Positions 50,688 to 60,884 of a stretch of 64,000 bases of DNA are shown piece by piece. The position numbers and the translations under genes are program-made. Every line of letters starts with the position of its first letter. The stretch's first letter is position 1. The DNA lies in assembly GCA_963754655.1 (NCBI GenBank), contig CAVWGN010000001.1, positions 320,001 through 384,000 of the forward strand, in the 5' to 3' direction. Source of the DNA: an uncultured Chlamydiae bacterium. Its GTDB lineage: Bacteria > Chlamydiota > Chlamydiia > Chlamydiales > Parachlamydiaceae. The notes beneath the pieces are model-generated. The model searched no databases. It saw nothing but the letters and a program-made list of their open reading frames with translations, and was not told where the DNA came from.

Positions 50688-52388
50688 CTAATAGTGTTTA
50701 TTCTTTTTATCAAAGAAAGAGGTGCCCATCAATAGCAATCCAATCACGATAAAAGTGATCATACGCACGATAATCGGCATTTTCCATACTTCTTCTCCTA
50801 GAAGGCGTAAAACAACGAATAGAATGATGGCAATTCCCCCTGTACGAAGGTTTTTGAGCTGTTTCAAATTGCCAACATAAATAAGAGTTTCTGCAGCAAG
50901 TATGTAAAAGACTAATGCGATCCCTCGCGCAATATTATTCGTAGGAAAAATATGATGACAGATATTCCAAATAAGGATCATGGCAAAAATGCTCGCCATT
51001 ATCCATAGCAAATCTACAATTAATCTTTGAGAAGGAGAAGCTTCCGAATGCAATAAGGCTTTACGATTCACTCCGGCTGCAATAAAAAGAGAAGCTATAG
51101 CAGCGCAAAGAATAGCAAATTTTAGACTAAGAAAAGGAGAATAAAGAAAGCTAACGCGGTTCTCCCATACGATGACTAAAGGGATAATAAAAGATAGGGA
51201 AAAGTAGGTTGTCAGAGTAGGAGATTGCAAAAGAAAATAACTGATGGAAATGGCTCCCGCGGTCTCTATAAAATATAAGAGAGTTTGAATATCAGAAGCA
51301 ATAGGATAAAGGAAAAGAGGATGAGTAAATTCATTTGTCGCTATAAAAAGAAGAGCCATGACTAAGAATCCAATGATTGTCCCTAGCATCTCTTTCATTT
51401 TGCTAGCCTTAGGCTCAATCTTATTCCAATTTTTAGCCATAGCATATCCTAAAGTCGTCATCAATAAAAAGGCAGTAAAATAGGAAATGGCATTCCAAGG
51501 AAATTGAGTTAAATTGTCGATCCAGAATATGAAAGCAAATGTCAAAGTTAATAAAATAAAATTCCCTTTTAAGGGTAGAGAGGGAAGTTTGTTTCCATAG
51601 ATAGAAAAAGCGATAGGAAGCAAAAAGATTAAATAAAATGCCCACGCAAAAAAATTGGCTACCAATGGCTCATGAAGGGTCACGAGAGAAAAAGAGTAGA
51701 TAAATGTGGCTACCCATGCAATATGAAAGGTTTTCCCCCATCCTCGCATAGCCCACATCCATAAGGCTACCGCATCAATAATCAAAACATATAACATGAG
51801 GAAAGTATTGTTAGGAGAATCGGCATTGATTAGCATGGGAATAATGGCTGCAAAAACAATAGAAGATAGGCCTAATCCTTCCAAATGATTTTTGATTGCA
51901 ATGATTGCGGTAAAATTAACCACTGCAAGCATCAGGAGAAAGGTGGGGAGGATGGGTAAGATGAAATAAATTTGATGACCAGCAAAAAGGGCAATGATGG
52001 CAATGGCTTCTCCCAAAATAATTAAAGCTTGTCCACCTTTTGGCTGCTTTCTCATCAGCCAAAGTCCTGTAAAGTAAAGGATAGCTCCACTTATAAAGCC
52101 AAAGACAACACGAGTTGTTTTCCCAATCCAGTCATGAGCAAATGCATAATGAACAAACCAGCCGCCTGCTAAGATGACTAAGAAAATGCCAATAATCACA
52201 AGCCAATTGTCTTTGAGCCAAAGTTTGAATGGAGAAGAAAGGGTATCTGTTCTTTGTCCTATCTCAAACGGTGAATGTTGTTTAGAGGGTGCGGGGGAAG
52301 GCAATGAAGGAGCCTGAACATTTACTTTGCTTTCTATAACGGATAGCCGATCCTCGATTTTTCTTAGCCGTTCATTTAAATCATTCAT
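50688..52388 (-). CDS. Polytopic membrane protein, DUF2339-like
   Basis: N-terminal coiled coil and Pro-rich linker, then NWLVIIG...YAF..DWI...R and many TM segments. Confidence 0.7.
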   Translation of the reverse strand: MNDLNERLRKIEDRLSVIESKVNVQAPSLPSPAPSKQHSPFEIGQRTDTLSSPFKLWLKDNWLVIIGIFLVILAGGWFVHYAFAHDWIGKTTRVVFGFISGAILYFTGLWLMRKQPKGGQALIILGEAIAIIALFAGHQIYFILPILPTFLLMLAVVNFTAIIAIKNHLEGLGLSSIVFAAIIPMLINADSPNNTFLMLYVLIIDAVALWMWAMRGWGKTFHIAWVATFIYSFSLVTLHEPLVANFFAWAFYLIFLLPIAFSIYGNKLPSLPLKGNFILLTLTFAFIFWIDNLTQFPWNAISYFTAFLLMTTLGYAMAKNWNKIEPKASKMKEMLGTIIGFLVMALLFIATNEFTHPLFLYPIASDIQTLLYFIETAGAISISYFLLQSPTLTTYFSLSFIIPLVIVWENRVSFLYSPFLSLKFAILCAAIASLFIAAGVNRKALLHSEASPSQRLIVDLLWIMASIFAMILIWNICHHIFPTNNIARGIALVFYILAAETLIYVGNLKQLKNLRTGGIAIILFVVLRLLGEEVWKMPIIVRMITFIVIGLLLMGTSFFDKKNKHY

Positions 52389-52406
52389 AATTTATACCTT
52401 GGTGGC

Positions 52407-53143
52407 TAGTACTCAACCACACTAGTTTTTGCCTATTGGAACTGCTTCAAAGCCCGGGTTGGGTTGAGATGATGCTCTTGTAGTCCTTTAGACTACATGA
52501 CGAGGGCTAATCTAACCCTGGTTAGGGTGTTCATTTTGTGCAAAAAATGAGCTTTATTTTTCACAATAATTGGCATAGTTAAATTGAAGGTCGCATGTTT
52601 ATGCCGTCCTTTCAGGACTCGATGTCTTTTTGATAGAACCCAGGCCTCCGCTTCGCTGCGACCTGGGCTGTAACATGACGGCCCTTCAGGCCTTAACAAG
52701 AGAGATTTAAGTCCCTCTTCTATAGTCCATAAATAGTCCTTTTGTTAAGGCTTAAAGGGCCGGCCCTTCAGGCCTTAACAAGAGATGTTTAAGGCCCTCT
52801 TCTATAGTCCCTAAATCATCTTTTTGTTAAGGCCTGAAGGGCCGGCCCTTTAAGCCTTAACAAAAGGACTATTTATGGACTATAGAAGAGGGACTTAAAT
52901 CTCTCTTGTTAAGGCCTGAAGGGCCGTCATGTTACAGCCCAGGTCGCAGCGAAGCGGAGGCCTGGGTTCTATCAAAAAGACATCGAGTCCTGAAAGGACG
53001 GCATAAACATGCGACCTTCAATTCAACTATGCCAATTATTGTGAAAAATAAAGCTCATTTTTTGCACAAAATGAACACCCTAACCCAGGGCGACGCCTGG
53101 GTTAGATTGTCCATCGTCATCTAGTCTGAAGGACTACAAGAGA
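52407..53143. mobile_element. Nested element: left end of shell 'A' plus palindrome D with a triplicated 82-bp core; right shell end missing
   Basis: tagtactcaaccac... at 52407; D spans 52523-53082; core units at 52680-52761, 52762-52843 and 52844-52925. Confidence 0.85.
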
Positions 53144-53147
53144 TGTC

Positions 53148-54053
53148 CTAAGCTCTACCCATCGATTGTCCAAGTAAGCAGCGCATTTCAAATCCTTGTT
53201 CTGTTGCTGCCAAAAGATCGCGATCAAATGCAATAGTGTTCTTGGCGAATAACAAGATCAGAGCCGATCCTCCAAATTCGAAGTAACCTTTTTCTGCTCC
53301 TTTTGGTTGCCATTGACCTGGAGGATAGGTTTCTTGAATGCTGCCTACATTAGTTGCCCCGATTTCCATATATAGCACACGGCCAAATAAAGAAGTGTGC
53401 AGCTCGCATAAGGTGCGTTTGTTTTGGGTAAGAATTTGAATATTGCGTTTAACTGCTACGGGATTGACCGAATAGAGGTAGCCATTCATCAGCTTCGTCG
53501 CCCCAGGCAGACAATCGCAGGGAAAGTGAAAGCGGTGATAATCTGAGGGACAAAGACGTGCCAGCACCATACTACCTCCTTGAAACTCTTTTGCAAGAGA
53601 GGCTTGGCCCAGCAGGACTTCTAGTTCAAACTTTTGCCCTTTGACAATAAAACCTGGACATTGGTCTATGTTGGCATAAAAGTAATAGCGTCCATCTGCC
53701 GGCATCACTGCCACCCTAGGATCAGGATCAATGGGACGCGCTTCAGGTTTGAGGCGTCGAATAAAGAAATCGTTAAATGAGCGATAGTGTGGAATGGGAT
53801 CCAAAAATTCGGAGGAATCAACCTCAAATTTCTCGATGAAGGGCTGAATTTTACGGACGCTTGAGGGCCGTTTTTGCAAGTGTCCATAAAAACGAGAAAA
53901 CCATGGCCATTGAGTCAATGATGGCAAAAGCCAAGGACGAAGAAATTGGCTTAGCCATGAGCTGCCATACAGAAGGTGCAAAGCACGTCCTTTATAAACT
54001 TTTTCAATTTGCTTTTGTCCTGTTTGCCGGTCAATATAAACGATATCAGTCAT
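53148..54053 (-). CDS. psd: Phosphatidylserine decarboxylase proenzyme
   Basis: SFNDFFIR, RLCPSDYHRFHFP, NVGSI and FEFGGS cleavage motif. Confidence 0.95.
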   Translation of the reverse strand: MTDIVYIDRQTGQKQIEKVYKGRALHLLYGSSWLSQFLRPWLLPSLTQWPWFSRFYGHLQKRPSSVRKIQPFIEKFEVDSSEFLDPIPHYRSFNDFFIRRLKPEARPIDPDPRVAVMPADGRYYFYANIDQCPGFIVKGQKFELEVLLGQASLAKEFQGGSMVLARLCPSDYHRFHFPCDCLPGATKLMNGYLYSVNPVAVKRNIQILTQNKRTLCELHTSLFGRVLYMEIGATNVGSIQETYPPGQWQPKGAEKGYFEFGGSALILLFAKNTIAFDRDLLAATEQGFEMRCLLGQSMGRA

Positions 54054-54339
54054 TTTTTATGCTTTGATAATCAAATAGATGAAACAGAAAAATAGCTTAG
54101 TATATTGTATTTTTATCTGCAACTTTAAAAATTTAAATGATGGTATTTATTTTTTCTATTGCGCTAGCTGATTGATCATTGTCCCTTACCTTCTTCTACG
54201 AAACTATCTGATGAGACGCATGAAAAAATTAGCATATAAAAAATTATAGTTTTAAATTATGAATAAAAATAGTGTTGTTTTAATCTTATATTTATGTTTA
54301 AATCAAATTTCATCAATAATTAATTGGAGTTTATTTATT

Positions 54340-57261
54340 ATGTTGCCGACCCATACTGTTTTGAGTGCTTATAATCCTATTAATAGTTTAAATCAGGTTG
54401 TAGAAACAAAAGACGCAGATTTATTTTTAGAAGGAATCAAAACAAAAGTAGAAAATGTCATTAATGAAAATTTTGACAAAGTTATTAAAAATTTAAAAGA
54501 ACTCGATCTTAATTTCAATACATATCTTCCTAATTGTCTCGATGCGTTAATGGATGGAAACTTGTCTTTAAATACCAAAAGGCAAATTGCTGCGGTTCTT
54601 CGCAGGATAGGTGTAGAATTGCTTGCTAATCAGACTTATGTAGAAATCGATGCCAATATTTATGAGACTTTCGAGGAGTGGTTTAAATCCAATGAGAGCG
54701 AATTGAAGACTGAAGCTTCTTTATATTTTGATTGTTTAATGATTCAAGAAATCTTATGGACGGCCAAGAATGATTGTTCCAATTTACAAGGGTCTTTAGA
54801 AAGAATCATCAAGAAAATAGATGGAGTTTGCATACAAAAAGAAAAATCTATAAGCAAAATTCGCTCTCTTATCTATCAATTCTTTCAACAACAAGTTCGT
54901 TCTAATGTATTTAAAATCACCTTGCAGAATATGCGAAAAGAAGATTTGAAAGCTGTACGCAGTCAACCTATCCAGTTGGACAAGCAAACCAGCGATTTTA
55001 AAAACACAACTATTGTAGGTAATAGAGCTCTTGTTGAACTATCTGAAAAAATGGAGGTTGATTTACAAGAAGCAAGCTTGCATTCAAAAATTCTTGAAAA
55101 GTCTAATCCCTCATCCTCTTCATTAGCTTCTTATTTTTCAGAAGACAACTTAGAAAAGCTTTCAGCAGATGCTATGCATGAAGCTTTAGACTATTTGTCT
55201 AAAATTATGCAAGATCAATCTTCTCATGTTATCACTAGAAAGCGAAAAAGGGAAAAGAATGCAGTAGACAATGCAAGTGAATCAAAAAGACTCAAACCAG
55301 ATGAGACAGAGATTTCTGTAGCTGAGCGGCAAGGGCGGGTATTAAATTATTTTGAAAAAGCAAATAAGCTTCAAAAAAATGAAACATGCATGATTGAAGG
55401 TATTCTAATGAATAAGCAGGAATTACTTCTAAAAGTGATCAGCATGGATCCACATTTCGCCCCAGCTTATTCTTCTCTTGGAAACTCTCTTCCTAAAGAG
55501 AGCCAAATCACTGTAAATGGTCAAATGATGAATCAGCAAGAGCTTTACTGTAAAGCCATTGAGATTAATCCGTTTTTAGGCATAGCTTATTTTAACCTCG
55601 GAAAGAGCATGTCTGCAAAAAGCCTAATCGACGTAAATGGTCAAATGATGACTCAGCAAGCGCTTTACCTTAAAGCTATTGAAATTGATCCGTCTTTAGG
55701 CGAGGCTTATTCTAACCTTGGGCTTAGCCTTCCTAAAGGAGGCCAAATCATGGTAAAGGGTCAAATGATGACTCAGCAAGCGCTTTACCTTAAAGCCATT
55801 GCACTGGATCCATTTTTAGGTGGGAATTATTTTTATTTGGCCAATGCCCTTCTCAAAGGAGGTCAAGTCTCTATAAATGGTCAAAAGATGACTCAGCAAG
55901 CGCTTTACCTTAAAGCCATTGAACTTGATCCATTTTTAGGAGATACTTATTGTTGCCTTGGAAGCCTTCTTTCTGAAGCAGCCCAAATCAATGTGAATGG
56001 CCGAATGATGAATAGGGAAGCCCTTTATCTTCAAGCTATTGAACTTACTCCATCTCTAGGTGTAGGGTATTTTAATCTCGCGCTCCTCTGCCCTAACGAA
56101 GGCCAAATCAATGTGAATGGTCGAATGATGACTCAGCAAGCGCTTTTCCTTAAAGCCTGTGAGCTTGATTCATCTTTAGCTGAGATTTATTCTCACCTTT
56201 TGACTCCGCCGCCAGTTCCCCAGGGAATTCGACTCCCGGTAAATAATCCAGCAATGACTCAGCAAGCACTTTATGTTAAAGCCATTGAAATAAATCGATC
56301 TTTAGGCGCGTCTTATTTTGACCTTGCGCTCACCTGTCCTAAAGGAAGTCAAATCAATTTTAATGGTCAAATGATGACTCAGCAAGCGCTTTTTCTTAAA
56401 GCCATCGAATATGATCCATCTTTAGGCAAAGCTTATTTTCGTCTTGGGCTGACCCTTCCTCCAGGAGGCCGACTTATGGTGAATGGTCAAATCATGACTA
56501 AGCAAGCGCTTTATCTGAAAGCTGTTGAACTGGATCCATCTTTAACTCTAGCCTATTCTAACCTTGCGAACAGCCTTCCTAGAGGAGGTCAAATCATAGT
56601 AAATGGTCTCATAATGACTAAACAAGCCCTTTATCTTAAAGCCATTCAACTTGATCCGTCTTTAGCTTCGGCTTATTCTGGTCTTGGGGACAATATTCCT
56701 GCAGGAAGCCAAATCGCTGTAAATGGTCAAATGATGACTTCCAAACAGCTTTACTTTAAGGCCATTGAACTTAATCCATCATTAGGCGTGGCTTATTCTA
56801 ATCTTGGGAGCATCCTTCCTAAAGGAGGCAACACCATGATAAATGGTCAACTGATGACTCAGCAAGAGCTTTACCTTAAAGCCATTGAACTTGATCCATT
56901 TTTATGCATAGCGTATTCTAATCTTGGAATAACCCTTTCTCAAACAGGTCAAATCCAAGTGAATGATCGCAAGATGACTCAGCAAGAGCTTTACCTTAAA
57001 GCCATTGAACTTGATCCAGCATTAGGCGTGGCTTATTCTAACCTTGCAGCGAGCATGCTTCAAGAAAACACAATTACTGTGAGGGGTCAAGCGATGAATC
57101 GACAAATGCTTCTCCTTAAAGCAATTGAACTTGATCCAACTTTAGGTGGTGCATATTATAACCTTGCGACCCTCATTCCTGAAGGAGGTCAAATCAAGGT
57201 GAATGGCCAAATCATGACTCGACAAGCACTTTTCCTGAAAGCTAAGACATTAGGTTATTAG
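54340..57261 (+). CDS. Repeat protein with 15 full 40-aa TPR-like repeats; candidate effector
   Basis: Probable ATG at 54340 (GGAG RBS); repeat consensus NGQMMTQQALYLKAIELDPSLGxAYSNLGxxLPxGGQIxV; basic cluster RKRKR...KRLK. Confidence 0.85.
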   Translation: MLPTHTVLSAYNPINSLNQVVETKDADLFLEGIKTKVENVINENFDKVIKNLKELDLNFNTYLPNCLDALMDGNLSLNTKRQIAAVLRRIGVELLANQTYVEIDANIYETFEEWFKSNESELKTEASLYFDCLMIQEILWTAKNDCSNLQGSLERIIKKIDGVCIQKEKSISKIRSLIYQFFQQQVRSNVFKITLQNMRKEDLKAVRSQPIQLDKQTSDFKNTTIVGNRALVELSEKMEVDLQEASLHSKILEKSNPSSSSLASYFSEDNLEKLSADAMHEALDYLSKIMQDQSSHVITRKRKREKNAVDNASESKRLKPDETEISVAERQGRVLNYFEKANKLQKNETCMIEGILMNKQELLLKVISMDPHFAPAYSSLGNSLPKESQITVNGQMMNQQELYCKAIEINPFLGIAYFNLGKSMSAKSLIDVNGQMMTQQALYLKAIEIDPSLGEAYSNLGLSLPKGGQIMVKGQMMTQQALYLKAIALDPFLGGNYFYLANALLKGGQVSINGQKMTQQALYLKAIELDPFLGDTYCCLGSLLSEAAQINVNGRMMNREALYLQAIELTPSLGVGYFNLALLCPNEGQINVNGRMMTQQALFLKACELDSSLAEIYSHLLTPPPVPQGIRLPVNNPAMTQQALYVKAIEINRSLGASYFDLALTCPKGSQINFNGQMMTQQALFLKAIEYDPSLGKAYFRLGLTLPPGGRLMVNGQIMTKQALYLKAVELDPSLTLAYSNLANSLPRGGQIIVNGLIMTKQALYLKAIQLDPSLASAYSGLGDNIPAGSQIAVNGQMMTSKQLYFKAIELNPSLGVAYSNLGSILPKGGNTMINGQLMTQQELYLKAIELDPFLCIAYSNLGITLSQTGQIQVNDRKMTQQELYLKAIELDPALGVAYSNLAASMLQENTITVRGQAMNRQMLLLKAIELDPTLGGAYYNLATLIPEGGQIKVNGQIMTRQALFLKAKTLGY
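55396..57258 (+). repeat. Coding tandem repeat with a 120-bp period
   Basis: aatggtcaaatgatgactcagcaagcgctttac recurs every 120 bp (one unit is 126 bp). Confidence 0.9.
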
Positions 57262-57295
57262 CTATGATGTTTCATTATTAGGTGTTGTGGGAGGC

Positions 57296-58134
57296 TAGTA
57301 CTCAACCACATTAGTTTTGTGTATTTAGATTGCTTGAAAGCTCCCGCAGTTGGGATGAGATGATTCTCTTGTAGTCCTTTAGACTACATGATGAGAGCTA
57401 ATGTAACCCAGGGTTAGGGTGTTAATTTTGTGCAAAAAATGAGCTTTATTTTTCACAATAATTGGCATAGTTGAATTGAAGGTCGCATGTTTATGCCGTC
57501 CTTTCAGGACTCGATGTCTTTTTGATAGAACCCAGGCCTCCGCTTCGCTGCGACCTGGGCTGTAACATGACGGCCCTTCAGGCCTTAACAAGAGATGTTT
57601 AAGTCCCTCTTCTATAGTCCCTAAATCATCTTTTTGTTAAGGCCTGAAGGGCCGTCATGTTACAGCCCAGGTCGCAGCGAAGCGGAGGCCTGGGTTCTAT
57701 CAAAAAGACATCGAGTCCTGAAAGGACGGCATAAACATGCGACCTTCAATTCAACTATGCCAATTATTGTGAAAAATAAAGCTCATTTTTTGCACAAAAT
57801 TAACACCCTAACCCAGGGCGATGCCCTGAGTTATTTTTATTTGAAGCCTTTCAGGCTCTGAACATTGGACGTCTTTTTGTTAACCGTCTCTAAAATGATT
57901 GTGGAGTATGTAGCATTTAATAGACGTGGGCCCTACAATCGTTATAGAAGCAGATCTTCTAAAAATGTCCAATGTTCAGAGCCTGAAAGGCTTCAAATAA
58001 AAATAGCCCAGGGCATCGCCCTGGGTTAGATTAGCCCTCGTCATGTAGTCTGAAGGACTACAAGAGAATCATCTCATCCCAACCGGGGCCTGTGAATCAC
58101 TCCCAATAGGCAAAACTAATGGGGTTGAGTACTA
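57296..58134. mobile_element. Nested element: shell 'A' with palindrome D (57415-57810) and a further REP doublet (about 57812-58026)
   Basis: Ends tagtactcaaccacattagttttg / caaaactaatggggttgagtacta; inner arms gttgggatgagatgattctcttgtagtcc and cccagggcgatgccctg...gcctttcaggctctgaacattggac are each inverted. Confidence 0.88.
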
Positions 58135-58224
58135 AGGCGTGTTTGCAAAATGCTAGCATGTGTAAATACGCCCTATTCTAGCAAAGAGATGTAAGCTATT
58201 TTAACTGTAAGTTTAACCTAAATT

Positions 58225-59601
58225 ATGGAATTTGTTCATCAAACTTATTATCCTGGCGAAACCATTGCCGCTATTGCAACCCCTCCGGGTGAAGGAGGGG
58301 TTGCCATTATTCGCATTTCAGGCAATCAAGCCCTGGATGTTGCCGCGCGGGTTTTTTCCGGAGCTGTGCATCACTATCGTTCACATACCGTTCATTTTGG
58401 ACAAATCCATAATGCCCGGGGAGAACATTTAGATGATGTGCTGCTTCTTGTTATGTTGGGATCGCGTTCTTATACAGGTGAAACAACTGTAGAAATTCAC
58501 TGTCATGGAGGAAGCCTGATCACGCGCCGCGTGTTGGAGGCAGTGCTCATGGCAGGTGCCCGAGCTGCGCAACCTGGCGAATTTACTTTCCGCGCCTTTC
58601 TCAATGGCAAAATGGATCTGGCACAGGCAGAAGCAGTGCAGGCATTGATTGGTGCTAAAAATGAACGTGCTTTGGACGCAGCTGAAAATCAACTCAAAGG
58701 AGCACTTTCGCAATCGATTGCTCAATTTCAGCAAAAGCTAACGCAAATTGCAGCAATTTTGGAGGCATGGGTTGATTTTCCAGAAGAAGGGCTTGAATTT
58801 GCCACAATGGATGAAATTGGTGACGATTTAGAAGATATCTGCTTAGCGATGGAAAAGCTAGCCTCTACTTTCCATAATGGCAAAATTCTACACGAGGGTC
58901 TCTCTTTATGCTTGGTTGGTTGTCCCAATGTAGGAAAATCATCCTTAATGAATGCTTTGCTGAACAAAGACCGTGCCATTGTCTCTCCAATTCCAGGAAC
59001 AACGCGCGATATTTTAGAAGATCAACTGCGTCTGAATGGTCTTCATTTTAAAGTGAGCGATACAGCCGGCATTCGCAAAACAGAAGAAGATATTGAGCAA
59101 GAAGGCATCCGTCGCTCTAAGCAAGCAATGCAGCAAGCAGATCTTGTTTTATTGGTTTTAGATGCTCATCGTGGATTGACTGACGAAGACCTGGAGCTAC
59201 TTACTCTTGTTCCACCTGAAAAAACCATTGTGATTTGGAATAAAGTCGATCTTCCATATGAGAGGCTGCCAGCCCTTTCTTTTCCGTTTACTGTGCAACT
59301 TTCGGCAAAGCAGCGAGAAGGATTAGAAGAACTGCATCAAATGATAGATCGGTTGATTTGGCAAAAGGGTCCTCCATCAAAAGAGGAAATTTTGATTACG
59401 AACATTCGCCATAAAGAAGCTTTGGTGAGCGCCATTGAAGCGACCCGCCGTGTGCAGCAGGGCTTACGCCAAGGAATTTCGCCTGAATTTTTAACAATCG
59501 ATATGCGGCAAACTCTAAGCGAATTGGGAAAGGTATTAGGCGTCAACATTACCGAAGATATATTATCAGCAATCTTTTCTAAGTTTTGTATTGGAAAGTG
59601 A
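58225..59601 (+). CDS. mnmE: tRNA modification GTPase MnmE
   Basis: TIAAIATPPGEGG, GEFTFRAFLNGK, GCPNVGKSS, DTAG and C-terminal FCIGK. Confidence 0.97.
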   Translation: MEFVHQTYYPGETIAAIATPPGEGGVAIIRISGNQALDVAARVFSGAVHHYRSHTVHFGQIHNARGEHLDDVLLLVMLGSRSYTGETTVEIHCHGGSLITRRVLEAVLMAGARAAQPGEFTFRAFLNGKMDLAQAEAVQALIGAKNERALDAAENQLKGALSQSIAQFQQKLTQIAAILEAWVDFPEEGLEFATMDEIGDDLEDICLAMEKLASTFHNGKILHEGLSLCLVGCPNVGKSSLMNALLNKDRAIVSPIPGTTRDILEDQLRLNGLHFKVSDTAGIRKTEEDIEQEGIRRSKQAMQQADLVLLVLDAHRGLTDEDLELLTLVPPEKTIVIWNKVDLPYERLPALSFPFTVQLSAKQREGLEELHQMIDRLIWQKGPPSKEEILITNIRHKEALVSAIEATRRVQQGLRQGISPEFLTIDMRQTLSELGKVLGVNITEDILSAIFSKFCIGK

Positions 59602-59657
59602 AAGGCAAAATTTTGAATAATTTTTATTAATAACTATAATCATAAAGGAATAATTTG

Positions 59658-60608
59658 ATGAATTTAAATATTAGAATTTCAGATTCTATTTCTCCCTTAT
59701 ATCACATAATAGATAATCGCGTTGCTCGCTGGTTAACTTGGCAAGCAGAGTGGATTGTTCCGGCAGCAGCAATGGCAGCCTATGCAGTTGGACGTGCCAC
59801 ATTCTTCAGAGCTGCTATTTTCGTATTGGCGGGAAAGGTGATGTGTACATTCTTGCACTTTTTTATGAACTATGCGGAAGTGACTAGAGTGCAATCGACA
59901 TTCGAAATTGCGAAAATTAAAGACCTAAAAACAAAAGTAGACAATGGGGCAGCCAGCGATCAGGAAAAATATGACTTGGCAGATCTTTTATGCCAAAGAG
60001 CTCTTGAGTATAGCTTTGATGCAGAATTATCGTTAAAATTACCTGGCCATTGCGATAGATCTATCATCCATTGGTTGCGACGTAACTTTCCATTGTTGAG
60101 TAGTAACTTCTATGCAGCTCAAATCGCATGGTGGATGTATGGAAAAAAATTTACTTTGCCAGATGAGGCTATAGCTCAAGATGTGAGGAGTGCTCAAGAA
60201 CTTTATGAAGATGTTAAAGACTCTCCAAAGCCTCATATGACTGACGACCTAAAAGCAGATGCAATTTATAAGTATGCCTACTTGTGTGCAACAGATTTTA
60301 TCGTTCACAATAGTTGGACTATTATTAGTATTCGTGATGAGGTAAGGAAGGTCAAGCAGGCATTCGATCTTCTAACAGATAAAGGTCATTATGCTAATCA
60401 AATGGAAAAAGTGAGTAAGGTACATGATGATCATGCTTTTAATTTTCATTATATTCATTGGCATCATCCTCGCGAAGCATTGGAAAATATGGAGAATTTC
60501 GGAATTACAATTCAGAAGTATAGTGATATTTGTCCTACTTGCAGCCAGAACTTGGAGAATGAAGATAAAAAAACTTTATCTCTGCCTCCTTTTAAAGATG
60601 ACTTTTAA
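59658..60608 (+). CDS. Hypothetical protein with an N-terminal hydrophobic hairpin
   Basis: AAAGGA RBS; long ORF; no family recognised. Confidence 0.7.
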   Translation: MNLNIRISDSISPLYHIIDNRVARWLTWQAEWIVPAAAMAAYAVGRATFFRAAIFVLAGKVMCTFLHFFMNYAEVTRVQSTFEIAKIKDLKTKVDNGAASDQEKYDLADLLCQRALEYSFDAELSLKLPGHCDRSIIHWLRRNFPLLSSNFYAAQIAWWMYGKKFTLPDEAIAQDVRSAQELYEDVKDSPKPHMTDDLKADAIYKYAYLCATDFIVHNSWTIISIRDEVRKVKQAFDLLTDKGHYANQMEKVSKVHDDHAFNFHYIHWHHPREALENMENFGITIQKYSDICPTCSQNLENEDKKTLSLPPFKDDF

Positions 60609-60644
60609 TGAAACATCTCTTAAAAACATTTAGCGATGCTAGCG

Positions 60645-60840
60645 CATAGGTGTTAAGCAAGAGATGAGGCTAAGGCTATGCGTCCGCCTTCAGTCGCTGC
60701 GCCGCGCTGCGCTCTGGGCTCTATGTGAGGGCTATGGAACCCGCTGTTCGGTCGCTCTACGAGGTTGTGAAAAAATGGCAAATCGCGAATCGCGGTAGCT
60801 GTTTGATATGTTCCCCAGCCTCTGTGGGCGACCGAATACG
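60645..60840. repeat. Degenerate REP-like element related to parts of 25060-26020
   Basis: cgctctgggctctatgtgagggctatggaaccc resembles 25064-25095; gttaagcaagagatgaggctaaggctatgcg resembles the reverse complement of 25987-26017; inverted pair ttcggtcgc/gcgaccgaa. Confidence 0.6.
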
Positions 60841-60884
60841 AAAAGGACATTTAATTGACTGTTTTTCTAAATTGTGTATTGGCA

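Noticed and set aside
21174..52400. tRNA-anchored integrative island carrying the biosynthetic cluster
   Set aside because: I saw no integrase and no duplicated tRNA 3' end, and ordinary genes (hydrolase, ahpC) follow the tRNA.
52680..52925. Possible CRISPR array (repeat-spacer-like periodicity)
   Set aside because: The 'spacers' are copies of one another, one of them inverted; there are only three units and no cas genes.
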